Shown one piece after another: positions 38,243 through 48,302 of a stretch of 64,000 nucleotides of DNA. Both the position numbers and the translations under genes were made by a program. The stretch covers positions 43,231-107,230 of the forward strand of contig CAIRDP010000006.1 of assembly GCA_903877385.1 (NCBI GenBank). The letters are read 5' to 3'. Each line of letters opens with the position of its first letter. The first letter of the stretch is position 1. Source of the DNA: an uncultured Bacteroidales bacterium. Its GTDB lineage: Bacteria > Bacteroidota > Bacteroidia > Bacteroidales > FEN-979. The notes below the pieces were generated by a model that saw only the letters and a list, made by a program, of their open reading frames with translations, made no database searches and was not told the origin of the DNA.

Positions 38243-40162
38243 ATGATCGATTTCAGTTACACTATCTGGATACTGCTGATACCTCTGATAGTATTCGTGG
38301 TCACAGGGCTTACGGGCAACAGGTTCAAACCCATTGTCACCGGGATTATAGGAACTGCGGGGCTGGGTGTTGTATTTTTGCTTTCAGTCATTACCGCGTA
38401 TAAATTCTTTTTTGTGCTCGACAAGGTTGGCGGTGCCTTTCAGCGGCTGCTGGCATTCAATCATACATGGCTGCATCTGACCGACAAGCTGCATATCGAC
38501 ATCGGTGTTTTACTTGATCCCATCTCGGTAATGATGCTTATCGTCATTTCCACCGTATCCTTTATGGTGCATATCTATTCCCTGGGTTATATGAAAGGGG
38601 AAAAAGGCTTTGCCAGGTTTTTCTCTATCCTTTCGCTGTTCAGTTTCTCTATGCTCGGGCTTGTCATTGCCACCAACATTTTCCAGATGTATATTTTCTG
38701 GGAGCTTGTAGGGGTTTCATCCTTTCTGCTGATTGGCTTCTACTATGAAAAAGACTCGGCAGTGGCTGCAAGCAAGAAAGCTTTCATTGTCACCCGTTTT
38801 GCCGACCTGGGTTTCCTTATCGGGATCCTGCTTCTTTCTTATACGACGGGCACCTTTGATTTTATTACACTCACAGGCCCGAACAGCCCGGCTTTCACTT
38901 CCGGACAGGGGATCATGTTCCTGGGAATGTCGACCATGACCTGGTCTATGCTGTTTGTCTTCATGGGTGGCGCCGGAAAATCGGCCATGTTCCCCCTGCA
39001 TATATGGCTTCCCGATGCCATGGAAGGCCCTACCCCGGTTTCGGCCCTCATCCATGCTGCCACCATGGTTGTTGCCGGTGTTTACCTTGTTGCACGTATG
39101 TTCCCGATTTTCCATCATGAACAGTCGGCCCTTGAGATCGTGGCATGGGTCGGAGGGTTCACTTCTTTATTTGCCGCGGTGATTGCATGTACGCAATATG
39201 ATATTAAGCGCGTCCTGGCCTATTCGACCATGTCGCAGATTGGCTATATGATGCTGGCCCTCGGTGTTTCAGGTTACGGGGGCGAGGATGGCCTCGGGTA
39301 TATGGCATCGATGTTCCACCTGTTCACCCATGCCTTCTTTAAAGCCTTGCTCTTCCTCGGTGCCGGCGCGATAATCCATGCCGTACATTCGAATTATATG
39401 AACGAGATGGGGGGGTTACGGAAGTACCTTCCAATCACGCATGCAACTTTCCTCATCGCCTGCCTTGCAATTTCAGGAATACCCCCGTTTGCAGGGTTCT
39501 TCAGCAAAGACGAGATCCTGGTTGCCGCCTTCCATCACAACAAAGCCTTGTTTGCCATGGAATACCTGGTTGCAGGCATGACTGCATTTTATATGTTCCG
39601 CCTTTATTTCAACGTGTTCTGGGGACAGGAACAGCATTATCATCATACTCCTCACGAAGCCCCGGTAACGATGACTATACCCCTGATCATCCTGGCTATC
39701 GGTTCGACCTTCGCAGGCTTTATTCCCTTTACAAAACTTGTAACATCCGACAGTCTTCCCTTTGAGAGCCACACAGAATGGGGAATTGCAATACCTTCAA
39801 TTCTCATCGCGCTGGCGGGTATCGGCATAGCCACTATGCTGTATATGAAGAAGTCCGACACATCAAAGAAGATTGCGACGGCTCTCGGCGGGTTTTATAC
39901 AGCCGCCTACGGCAAGTTCTACATTGACCAGGTTTATCTTTTCATTACCAAGAAAATATTGTTCAATTATGTTTCCAGGCCGGTTGCATGGTTCGACCGT
40001 CACATCGTCGACGGGACCATGAACCAGTTCGCTTATGTTACCAACGTGGTTTCCGACAGGATCAAAGGATTCCAGAGCGGCCAGCTGCAGCAGTATGCCC
40101 TCGTGTTCATCTCGGGGGTTATCGCCCTTGCTTTGTTATTCATCTATTTATGGACCAATTAA
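38243..40162 (+). CDS. nuoL: Complex I subunit L
   Basis: WELVG; GKSAMFPLHIWLPDAMEGPTPVSALIHAATMV; HAFFKALLFL. Confidence 0.96.
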   Translation: MIDFSYTIWILLIPLIVFVVTGLTGNRFKPIVTGIIGTAGLGVVFLLSVITAYKFFFVLDKVGGAFQRLLAFNHTWLHLTDKLHIDIGVLLDPISVMMLIVISTVSFMVHIYSLGYMKGEKGFARFFSILSLFSFSMLGLVIATNIFQMYIFWELVGVSSFLLIGFYYEKDSAVAASKKAFIVTRFADLGFLIGILLLSYTTGTFDFITLTGPNSPAFTSGQGIMFLGMSTMTWSMLFVFMGGAGKSAMFPLHIWLPDAMEGPTPVSALIHAATMVVAGVYLVARMFPIFHHEQSALEIVAWVGGFTSLFAAVIACTQYDIKRVLAYSTMSQIGYMMLALGVSGYGGEDGLGYMASMFHLFTHAFFKALLFLGAGAIIHAVHSNYMNEMGGLRKYLPITHATFLIACLAISGIPPFAGFFSKDEILVAAFHHNKALFAMEYLVAGMTAFYMFRLYFNVFWGQEQHYHHTPHEAPVTMTIPLIILAIGSTFAGFIPFTKLVTSDSLPFESHTEWGIAIPSILIALAGIGIATMLYMKKSDTSKKIATALGGFYTAAYGKFYIDQVYLFITKKILFNYVSRPVAWFDRHIVDGTMNQFAYVTNVVSDRIKGFQSGQLQQYALVFISGVIALALLFIYLWTN

Positions 40163-40174
40163 AACGATAAAATA

Positions 40175-41686
40175 ATGAGCTTTCTGTTATTGTTCATCGT
40201 AATCCCTGTCCTCACTGTCATCGGGATATTTTTCAGCAGGACCCATATGCAGGTTAAATGGACCGCTGTTGTTGGCATGAGTTGTCAGCTGATCATGGCC
40301 GGGCTACTCATTTATTTTTTCTTAGCTGCAAGGGCTGCCGGGAATACTGCCGAGATCCTGTTTTCCCAGGATATGGTCTGGTACAAGAACCTGAACATTC
40401 ATTTTTTCATAGGGGTTGACGGTGTATCGGTCGCCATGATCGGGCTTACCTCCATTGTGATTTTTGCCGGGATCTTTGCCTCCTGGGATGTTACTGACTT
40501 ACCAAGGGAATTTTTCACCTCCCTGATCCTTCTTTCGGCAGGGGTATTCGGGTTTTTTATTTCACTGGACCTCTTCACCCTTTTCCTTTTCTATGAAATT
40601 GCCGTGATCCCGATGTACCTGCTTATCGGAATCTGGGGAAGCGGCCCCAGGCATTATTCGGCCATGAAGCTGACATTGATGCTTATGGGCGGTTCGGCCC
40701 TGATCATGCTTGGACTGCTTGGGCTGTACTTTAATTCGGCTCCCAACGGCGGCCCCCTGACATTTAACCTGATCCAGATCTCCAAGGTAGCAATTCCAAT
40801 GCCTGCCCAGCGTTTCTTTTTCCCGTTCCTCTTTGTGGGATTCGGGGTGCTTGGCGCACTTTTCCCTTTCCACACATGGTCACCCGACGGTCATGCCTCT
40901 GCACCAACTGCAGTTTCGATGCTACATGCCGGTGTGCTGATGAAACTCGGAGGTTACGGCTGCTACCGCGTTGCAGTGTTCCTTCTTCCAGGCGCCGCTC
41001 ATGAAATGGCATGGATTTTCCTGATCCTTACAACCATCGGCGTGATTTACGGAGCCTTCGGCGCCATCTGGCAGAAAGACCTGAAATACATCAATGCATA
41101 TTCCTCGGTAAGCCATTGCGCCCTGGTGCTCTTTGCCGTGCTCATGATGAACCAGACGGCCATGAACGGAGCCATCATGCAGATGATCTCCCACGGCATC
41201 ATGACAGCCCTCTTCTTTGCACTGATCGGGATGATTTACGGACGAACACACACCAGGTATATTAACGAGATGGGCGGACTGATGAAAGTCATGCCGTTTC
41301 TTGGCGTTGCCTATGTTATCGGCGGCCTTGCTTCATTAGGGCTTCCGGGTTTCAGCGGCTTCGTTGCCGAAATGACCATTTTCGTGGGTTCTTTCCAGCA
41401 CAATGACGTGTTCCACAGGGTTTGCACCATCATTGCCGCCTCCTCTATCGTGGTTACAGCGGTATATATCCTCCGTGTTGTCGGTATCCTGCTGATGGGA
41501 AAGATCAGGAACCCCGAATTCAATCATATTATCGATGCAAAGTGGTTTGACCGTATAAGCGTGGTTACACTTATACTGGGTATTACTGCAATCGGGATGG
41601 CCCCGCTCTGGCTGAGTGATATGATCAATAACGGGCTTGTCCCGGTTATGCAAAGGATATTGCTGGCCGGTCCAATTATTCATTAA
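40175..41686 (+). CDS. nuoM: Complex I subunit M
   Basis: FYEIAVIP; PFHTWSPDGH..APT; LMKLGGYG; LGLPGFSGF. Confidence 0.95.
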   Translation: MSFLLLFIVIPVLTVIGIFFSRTHMQVKWTAVVGMSCQLIMAGLLIYFFLAARAAGNTAEILFSQDMVWYKNLNIHFFIGVDGVSVAMIGLTSIVIFAGIFASWDVTDLPREFFTSLILLSAGVFGFFISLDLFTLFLFYEIAVIPMYLLIGIWGSGPRHYSAMKLTLMLMGGSALIMLGLLGLYFNSAPNGGPLTFNLIQISKVAIPMPAQRFFFPFLFVGFGVLGALFPFHTWSPDGHASAPTAVSMLHAGVLMKLGGYGCYRVAVFLLPGAAHEMAWIFLILTTIGVIYGAFGAIWQKDLKYINAYSSVSHCALVLFAVLMMNQTAMNGAIMQMISHGIMTALFFALIGMIYGRTHTRYINEMGGLMKVMPFLGVAYVIGGLASLGLPGFSGFVAEMTIFVGSFQHNDVFHRVCTIIAASSIVVTAVYILRVVGILLMGKIRNPEFNHIIDAKWFDRISVVTLILGITAIGMAPLWLSDMINNGLVPVMQRILLAGPIIH

Positions 41687-41721
41687 AACGAAAAAATTAA
41701 AAAACAAATAAACATCTGACC

Positions 41722-43131
41722 ATGTTGATCATGAGACACGAATTACTGCTGATTGCCATCACGGTAATTCTTTTACTTGTTGAGATTTTTCTTCCTGCCG
41801 ATAAAAAGCACAGTATCATTACTCCTGCCATATTGCTGATGGCAGTTGTTCTCATCCTGGGATTCATCCCCGGGCCCACGGGAATACTGTTCGGGGGGAT
41901 GTACCAGACCACCGCACTGATCGTCATGCTTAAAAACATCCTGAATATAGGAGCATTTATAGTAATGGTGCAGAGTGCCGACTGGCTCAGGAAACCCGAG
42001 AACAAGGAAAAGATCAGCGAATATTACATCCTGCTTCTTTCAACACTGATCGGGATGCAGTATATGGTATCTTCGGGAGATTTCCTGATGTTCTACCTTG
42101 GACTTGAACTTGCAACCATTCCATTGGCAGCCTTAGCCGCCTTCGAACGCTTCAAGGAAAAATCAGCCGAAGCAGGGGTGAAACTTATTTTCTCCTCGGC
42201 ATTGTCTTCAGGCATCCTGCTCTATGGACTTTCCATGGTATACGGAACAACCGGAACCCTTTATTTTGCAGAGGTAGGCCCGGCCTTTACAGGAACCCCC
42301 CTGCAGGTTCTCGGCTTCATCTTTTTCTTTGCCGGAATGGCATTCAAAATTTCACTGGTTCCATTCCATCTCTGGACAGCCGACGTTTACGAAGGAGCTC
42401 CGGTTAATATTTCTTCATATCTATCTGTTGTTTCCAAAGGAGCTGCTGCTTTTATTCTAACAATACTTCTGTATACCGTATTCAGCAAGATAGCACTGAT
42501 GTGGAGTAACGTGCTCTATATTATTATCATTCTCACCATCACCCTGGGTAACCTCTTTGCCATCCGCCAGCAGAACCTGAAACGGTTCCTGGCCTTCTCT
42601 TCAATTGCCCAGGCTGGCTTTATACTGCTGGGTATCATAGGGCAAAGCCAGTATGGCATGGCAACGGTGATTTACTTTGTTCTTGTTTATATCTTCTCCA
42701 ACCTTGGTGCCTTCGGCGTGGTTTCCATCATTTCAAACCGTACAGGCTGCGAAACCATTAATGATTATGACGGTTTGTACAGGACCAATCCGCGGCTGGC
42801 GATGACGATGATGCTGTCGCTCTTCTCACTGGCCGGAATTCCCCCGGTAGCAGGCTTTTTCGGCAAATTCTTCCTCTTTGCCGCCGCAGCCAATCACGGC
42901 CTTTACATCCTTGTCCTTATCGCCATTATCAATACTATCATTTCATTGTACTATTACCTGCTTGTTATCAAGGCTATGTTCCTGAACCGCAGTGACCGGC
43001 CGATTCCTAAGTTTAAAAGCGATTTCTACACAAGCCTGGGCCTGATCTTATGTCTTACCGGTATTTTTGCGATCGGTATTTTCAGCCTTGTATTTGAAGT
43101 GATTAACGGGCTCAGCTTCGGATTGTATTAA
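41722..43131 (+). CDS. nuoN: Complex I subunit N
   Basis: GLELA; FKISLVPFHLWTADVYEGAP; SLAGIPP..GFFGK. Confidence 0.96.
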   Translation: MLIMRHELLLIAITVILLLVEIFLPADKKHSIITPAILLMAVVLILGFIPGPTGILFGGMYQTTALIVMLKNILNIGAFIVMVQSADWLRKPENKEKISEYYILLLSTLIGMQYMVSSGDFLMFYLGLELATIPLAALAAFERFKEKSAEAGVKLIFSSALSSGILLYGLSMVYGTTGTLYFAEVGPAFTGTPLQVLGFIFFFAGMAFKISLVPFHLWTADVYEGAPVNISSYLSVVSKGAAAFILTILLYTVFSKIALMWSNVLYIIIILTITLGNLFAIRQQNLKRFLAFSSIAQAGFILLGIIGQSQYGMATVIYFVLVYIFSNLGAFGVVSIISNRTGCETINDYDGLYRTNPRLAMTMMLSLFSLAGIPPVAGFFGKFFLFAAAANHGLYILVLIAIINTIISLYYYLLVIKAMFLNRSDRPIPKFKSDFYTSLGLILCLTGIFAIGIFSLVFEVINGLSFGLY

Positions 43132-43171
43132 GATAGCGGGATAACCGGATAAATGGTTAGGGAATTAATAA
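43132..43171 (+). repeat. Degenerate 8-bp array after nuoN
   Basis: gatagcgg gataaccg gataaatg gttaggga attaataa. Confidence 0.45.
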
Positions 43172-43178
43172 AAATATT

Positions 43179-43505
43179 ATGCTAAAAGGGAAACATACAG
43201 TTACAGAGATAGAAGGTGTCAGGTGCAGTATTGTTGAAACAGGCGCATCGGAAGCGAGAGTTAAATTCCTGAAAGAGATCCTTGAATTCAACGCTTGCGA
43301 GGTAAAAACCGAAAAGGAAAAGGCAAAAGACGGAACGCCGCTTGCCACTTCTGTTATCGGGGTAACAGATATCAGGTTCAATGCCATCATCAAGCTTTAC
43401 GAAAGAAAGCTGCTAAGGAAAGACGGACATATCCTTAACCCGGCATACTGGAACCAATGGCCCGACCAGGATTGGGATATTCCGTATTACCAGGTAGTGA
43501 GATAA
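43179..43505 (+). CDS. Soluble hypothetical protein, apparently the last gene of the nuo operon
   Basis: 108-aa ORF 47 nt after nuoN, A-rich leader, no intervening promoter or terminator seen. Confidence 0.75.
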   Translation: MLKGKHTVTEIEGVRCSIVETGASEARVKFLKEILEFNACEVKTEKEKAKDGTPLATSVIGVTDIRFNAIIKLYERKLLRKDGHILNPAYWNQWPDQDWDIPYYQVVR

Positions 43506-43512
43506 AAACGAA

Positions 43513-43604
43513 AATGAATTTCGAATATTGATCAACGAATTTCGAATGTTGAATTTGTATCAGTTCATACGTCAACATTCAATGTTCGATATTCGGTATT
43601 TAAT
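43513..43604. repeat. Inverted 7-bp-periodic array, ATTC(A/G)AT family, copy 2
   Basis: aatgaat ttcgaat attgatc aacgaat ttcgaat gttgaat ... gtcaac attcaat gttcgat attcggt. Confidence 0.8.
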
Positions 43605-43634
43605 TTCAAACAAAACACCTCTTTATCCAGGGGA

Positions 43635-43832
43635 ATGAAGAAATATTACAAATACTTCGCCTACGCAGTTGCCGCCTTGTATTTTATCCTTGGCATATCT
43701 GTTTTTTTTAGTCCTTATTTCAAACACCTTCCCCAAACCATTAAAGTCAGCTTTGCCGTTTTTCTTTTCCTTTACGGAGGCTACCGCCTGGCCAGAATAT
43801 GGTCCAAGTCAAGGGAAGAAGAGGATGAATGA
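43635..43832 (+). CDS. Small two-TM membrane protein
   Basis: 65 aa, two hydrophobic helices, C-terminal YGGYRLAR. Confidence 0.65.
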   Translation: MKKYYKYFAYAVAALYFILGISVFFSPYFKHLPQTIKVSFAVFLFLYGGYRLARIWSKSREEEDE

Positions 43833-43907
43833 CCGATTTTTCTTGAATATTCTCATGATTCATGTTATTTTAGCCTATTAATTTTAATGGTACAATAATA
43901 TTATTCA

Positions 43908-43915
43908 TAAATTTG
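43908..43915 (+). promoter_or_regulatory. -7 element upstream of the PstS-like gene
   Basis: TAAATTTG. Confidence 0.55.
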
Positions 43916-43962
43916 TGTTTCTGTTCTGATAAACTTGCTGATTTTAAGCATTTAATGACAGT

Positions 43963-44919
43963 ATGAATACAAAAATTGCCACAAAATCTCTATTCGGGGC
44001 GGCAGGGTTAATAATCCTGCTGTTTTTGACTTCATGCGGAGGGGGAACCCCCGGCCAGCAAACCGACACTCCCACAGCCGGAAAGGTCAAAGTTGCCATA
44101 GACGATTCGTACCGTCTTCTGCTGGATACTGAGATATATACTTTCGAATCGTTTTATAAATATGCTAAAGTTGATACTATTTACAGGAATGAAGCCGACG
44201 TTATCGATCTTTTCATGAAGGATTCGGTGCCCCTGGCTATAGTAAACCGCAAACTCACAGCCGACGAGGAAAAATATCTTACTGCAAGGCAGTTCATCCC
44301 AAAGACAACCCTGATCGCTTATGACGGGATTGTTTTCATCGTCAATCCTGAGAACCCCGACACTAATTTTTTCTTTGATAAGATACAGGGCATTTTCAGG
44401 GGTGAGGTCAGGACATGGAAGGAGATAAACCCGAAATCTCGATCGGGGGAGATTAAAGTGGTATTTGACAATTATAAATCAAGCAACCCAAGGTATTTCC
44501 GTGAAAAATTCAACCTGAGCAAACTTCCTCCCTGTTGTTTTGCCGTGAATTCCAATGCAGAGGTCATTTCCTTTGTCGAAAAAAACAAGAATGCAATCGG
44601 TGTCATTAGCGTTAACTGGATCAGCGACAGGGAAGATACCGTGTCAAACAATTTTCTCAGGAGGGTAAAGGTGGTTGCTGTAAGCCAGGCCGGCACTAAT
44701 GATCGCGGTTCCACTTTCTACAAACCATACCAGGCATATATTGCCCAGGGGGATTACCCCTTTACTCGCAATGTATACTGTATCAACAGGCAAACATACA
44801 GGGGGCTTGCCTACGGGCTTTCTTCATTCATTGCAGGTGAGAAAGGCCAGCTGATTGTGCTGAGATCAGGGATGGTACCTGCAGCAATGCCGGTGCGGAT
44901 AGTTGAAATTAAACATTAA
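43963..44919 (+). CDS. PstS-like (PBP2) substrate-binding lipoprotein linked to the TonB cluster
   Basis: Lipobox FLTS|C; VAIDDS; IAYDGIVFIVN; YPFTRNVY; no pstCAB nearby. Confidence 0.85.
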   Translation: MNTKIATKSLFGAAGLIILLFLTSCGGGTPGQQTDTPTAGKVKVAIDDSYRLLLDTEIYTFESFYKYAKVDTIYRNEADVIDLFMKDSVPLAIVNRKLTADEEKYLTARQFIPKTTLIAYDGIVFIVNPENPDTNFFFDKIQGIFRGEVRTWKEINPKSRSGEIKVVFDNYKSSNPRYFREKFNLSKLPPCCFAVNSNAEVISFVEKNKNAIGVISVNWISDREDTVSNNFLRRVKVVAVSQAGTNDRGSTFYKPYQAYIAQGDYPFTRNVYCINRQTYRGLAYGLSSFIAGEKGQLIVLRSGMVPAAMPVRIVEIKH

Positions 44920-44939
44920 CACTTAGTACAAATAACCTT

Positions 44940-46637
44940 ATGATGAGCAATTCAAGAAAAACCGGGCTGGTTATAGTTTTAATGCTTGTATTTCCGTTTC
45001 TGCCAGCTATCCATGCACAGGATTTGAAAGCCACTATCCGTTTAATGCGGAGTGAACAATTCACAGCTGCGGCTTCTTCCTACAAAGCTTTGCTGAAGCA
45101 AAACCCTGCCAACGGGGATGTTTACTATTATTATGGCGAGAATTTTATAAACGAATATTTTTCCGACACTTCCAATAATTCCCTGAAGGAGATATCCGAT
45201 TCTGCAAAAATCATTTTCCAGCTTGGAATGCAGAAGGATCCCGCCAACCCGCTTAACTTTGTCGGGATGGGAGAAATTGCCATGCTCAACAAGGACAGGA
45301 GCACGGCCCAGGACTTTTATTCCAAAGCGGCTGCTTTATTGCCCAGCAAGACCAATAAAAACCTTGTAATGGATCCGTCAAAACAGGCCAACGTGCTTAT
45401 CAGGATGGCTAATGGTTATGTAAGGGCACTGATAAAAGATACAGGACAGATATTTTCTTTGTTAAAGGCTGCTGAAAAGCTTGATCCGAAAAACTATGAA
45501 TTGTTCATCGTAAAGGGAGATGCATACATCATGCTGATGAACGACGGTTCCAATGCCATCACAAACTACAACATCGCACAGAGTCTCAATCCTCAGTCCC
45601 CGTTTGCCAAAGTACGCATCGGGCAGTTGTGGATGAGGGCAAAGCAATACAGAAGCGCCCTCACTTATTATGACGATGCCATCAAGATCGATTCCAATTT
45701 CGCTCCTGCATACAAAGAGAGGGGATTCCTCCTTGCAAAAGCGAACAGGAACGACGATGCCAAAAGGGATTTTGGGAAATTCCTGAAGCTTTCGGCCGGG
45801 AATACCACAGCCAGAATTCAGTTTGTGAATATTCTGTTCGATTTGCAGGATTATAAAGAAGCCATAAATCAACTGAACGAAGTTTACAAAGTAGATTCAA
45901 GCAACAACGACCTTAACAGGGCTCTTGCATATGCCTATTTTGAAACTGCCCAATACGACAAGGCGCTTTACTACAGCAGGAAATTCTTTGCCCATGAGAA
46001 GCCCGAAAAGATAAGGGCGGCAGATTATATCTATTACGGAAGGATACTGGCCAGGAATAAAATGGACGAGCAGGCCTCGGAACAACTTATGAAGGGGTTT
46101 GCCCTTGATTCAACCAAACCGGAACTTCTCTCTGAAGCTGCACTATGCCTTACCAAGGTTAAGAAATATGACAAAGCGATCGAAACCTACCAGAAGAAAA
46201 TCGTAATAAGAAAAGCAGCCCCCATGGATTATTATAACCTGGGGAAGGTTTATTACAACATCAAGGATTTTCAGCAGGCCGATACCAACCTGGCAATTTT
46301 CAACCAGTTGCAGCCCGATCATGTTGCAGGCTTTGTATGGAGGGCAAGGACTAAATCTAACATCGACTCAACCAGTAAACAGGGCCTGGCCAAACCCATC
46401 TACGAGATCATTATTGTAAAGACCCAGAGCGATACTGCAAAGTATTCCAAGGAGCGCATAGAATCGTTTTATTATCTTGCTTATTATTACTTCCTGCAGT
46501 ATGCCCAGACTAAAAACAAGGAATATGCCCTGGAAGCAATTGCTTACAGCAATAAAGTTTTGGCAATAGATCCAAAAGATGATAAAGCCGAAAAAGCCAA
46601 GCAGATCATTGATAACCTTAAAAAGTTTATGAATTAA
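44940..46637 (+). CDS. Periplasmic TPR-repeat protein
   Basis: Signal peptide and many helical repeats (YYYYGE, FVGMGE, YNLGKVYY). Confidence 0.88.
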   Translation: MMSNSRKTGLVIVLMLVFPFLPAIHAQDLKATIRLMRSEQFTAAASSYKALLKQNPANGDVYYYYGENFINEYFSDTSNNSLKEISDSAKIIFQLGMQKDPANPLNFVGMGEIAMLNKDRSTAQDFYSKAAALLPSKTNKNLVMDPSKQANVLIRMANGYVRALIKDTGQIFSLLKAAEKLDPKNYELFIVKGDAYIMLMNDGSNAITNYNIAQSLNPQSPFAKVRIGQLWMRAKQYRSALTYYDDAIKIDSNFAPAYKERGFLLAKANRNDDAKRDFGKFLKLSAGNTTARIQFVNILFDLQDYKEAINQLNEVYKVDSSNNDLNRALAYAYFETAQYDKALYYSRKFFAHEKPEKIRAADYIYYGRILARNKMDEQASEQLMKGFALDSTKPELLSEAALCLTKVKKYDKAIETYQKKIVIRKAAPMDYYNLGKVYYNIKDFQQADTNLAIFNQLQPDHVAGFVWRARTKSNIDSTSKQGLAKPIYEIIIVKTQSDTAKYSKERIESFYYLAYYYFLQYAQTKNKEYALEAIAYSNKVLAIDPKDDKAEKAKQIIDNLKKFMN

Positions 46638-46643
46638 AGGGAA

Positions 46644-46674
46644 TTTGTATTCAATCAATATTTTTGTACTTTTG
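46644..46674 (+). promoter_or_regulatory. Promoter of exbB-exbD-exbD-tonB
   Basis: TTTG (46644-46647), 19-nt spacer, TACTTTTG (46667-46674). Confidence 0.75.
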
Positions 46675-46740
46675 TGACCCTGCAAACAATCGCAAAAAAC
46701 TAATAAATTCAAGTATTTTATAACTTAAATTCAATTAACG

Positions 46741-47559
46741 ATGAGCAACAAAAGCAGCAAAGGCGGATTATTGGACGCCTTAAGATCGGTGTTTACGTTA
46801 GGAGCCATGATCATAGCCCTTATCGTATCAATTCTATTGTTCCACTACATAATGGGGAATCCTATCAACTTCGAAGGTGGAAACCATAATGGCACTCCGC
46901 TGCCGGGGAACTATCTCGGAATTATTTACAAAGGGGGAATGATCGTACCTCTTCTGATGACGGTCAACCTTATTCTGATTATTTTCTCAGTAGAGCGTCT
47001 GATCACACTGACCCGTGCAAGCGGTAAAGGCAGGATCAATGTATTTGTGAAGAACCTCCAGAGCCTTCTGGATAACAACAAGATCGAAGATGCGATCGTA
47101 GCTTGCGACAAGCAGAAAGGTTCACTGGCCAACGTTATGAAAGCCGGACTTGTACGTTATCGCGCTCTTCAGGATGACAAAACCCTGGTAAAAGACCAGA
47201 AGATTGTTGCCCTGCAGAAGGAATTTGAAGAAGCCTCAGCTCTTGAGCTTCCGATGCTTTCGAGAAACCTCGTCATCCTTTCAACCATTGCCTCGATCTC
47301 GGTGCTTATCGGTCTTCTTGGAACGGTACTCGGTATGATCCGCGCCTTTGGTGCTTTGGCCCAGGCCGGAAGCCCTGACGCACTTGCCCTGGCAACTGGT
47401 ATTTCTGAAGCTCTTATCAACACTGCTTTCGGTATCACCGGTTCTTTGCTAGCCATTGTGCTTTACAATAGCTTCTCAACGCAGATCGACAGTTTTACCT
47501 ATAAAATTGATGAGGCCGGATTCAGCCTTGTACAGTCATTTGCCGCTTCTTCCAAGTAA
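46741..47559 (+). CDS. exbB: MotA/TolQ/ExbB proton channel
   Basis: LIGLLGTVLGMIRAF; GISEALINTAFG. Confidence 0.92.
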   Translation: MSNKSSKGGLLDALRSVFTLGAMIIALIVSILLFHYIMGNPINFEGGNHNGTPLPGNYLGIIYKGGMIVPLLMTVNLILIIFSVERLITLTRASGKGRINVFVKNLQSLLDNNKIEDAIVACDKQKGSLANVMKAGLVRYRALQDDKTLVKDQKIVALQKEFEEASALELPMLSRNLVILSTIASISVLIGLLGTVLGMIRAFGALAQAGSPDALALATGISEALINTAFGITGSLLAIVLYNSFSTQIDSFTYKIDEAGFSLVQSFAASSK

Positions 47560-47626
47560 TATTTTTGGCGTTACAGCAAATTATTTACATAATTTTTGTG
47601 TATTTATAATTTAAAACCAGAATTCC

Positions 47627-48271
47627 ATGCCAAAGATAAAACCACCGGTTAGAACACCGCATATAGACATGACACCCATGGTGGATTTGTTTTCTGTGCT
47701 TCTGATCTTTTTGTTGCTTACTGCTTCATTCCGGCCACAGGAGGCTGCGGTGATCACTACGCCCCAGTCTATTTCAGAAAAACAGGCCCCGGATGCTGAC
47801 CTGATGACCATTTTTATTGCAAAAGATGGTAAAGTCTTTTTCAACATCGACAACGGCAGGGATACTTCAACCCATTTCCGCAGCAAACTGCTGGAAAAAA
47901 TCGGGGAGCAGTACAAAATCCAGTTTACCAAGGCAGAAATCAGCAAATTCGGCACCATGTCGTCATTTGGATTACCAATAAAGGATCTGAAAACATGGCT
48001 TAATTCAAAGGATTCCAAAGAGAAAGATAAGCTTCAGATTGGTATTCCCATGGATTCAACCGATAACCAGCTTGCCTGGTGGGTACGTGAAGCCCGACTG
48101 ACGAATGTCGGGGCCGAAGTCGCCATTAAAGGAGATGCGGATACTGACTATAAAACGGTCAAGAAGATCATGGACCTGTTACAGGATAACAAGGTGAATA
48201 AATTTAATCTCGTTACGAATCTGCAGAAGCAGGAAGTCAACCTTAAAGACCTTCCTCCCTCAGCCAAGTAA
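47627..48271 (+). CDS. exbD: ExbD/TolR protein 1
   Basis: IDMTPMVDLFSVLLIF; IKGDADTDY. Confidence 0.9.
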   Translation: MPKIKPPVRTPHIDMTPMVDLFSVLLIFLLLTASFRPQEAAVITTPQSISEKQAPDADLMTIFIAKDGKVFFNIDNGRDTSTHFRSKLLEKIGEQYKIQFTKAEISKFGTMSSFGLPIKDLKTWLNSKDSKEKDKLQIGIPMDSTDNQLAWWVREARLTNVGAEVAIKGDADTDYKTVKKIMDLLQDNKVNKFNLVTNLQKQEVNLKDLPPSAK

Positions 48272-48302
48272 GGAGAAACCAGAACTATAAAGAAAATCCT
48301 AT

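Noticed and set aside
43963-44919. Phosphate ABC uptake system
   Set aside because: No pstC/A/B or phoU; context is the TonB cluster
44916-44921. Further TTAACA half-sites (also 9157 and 26305) as operators
   Set aside because: No matching TGTTAA arm at 4-nt spacing
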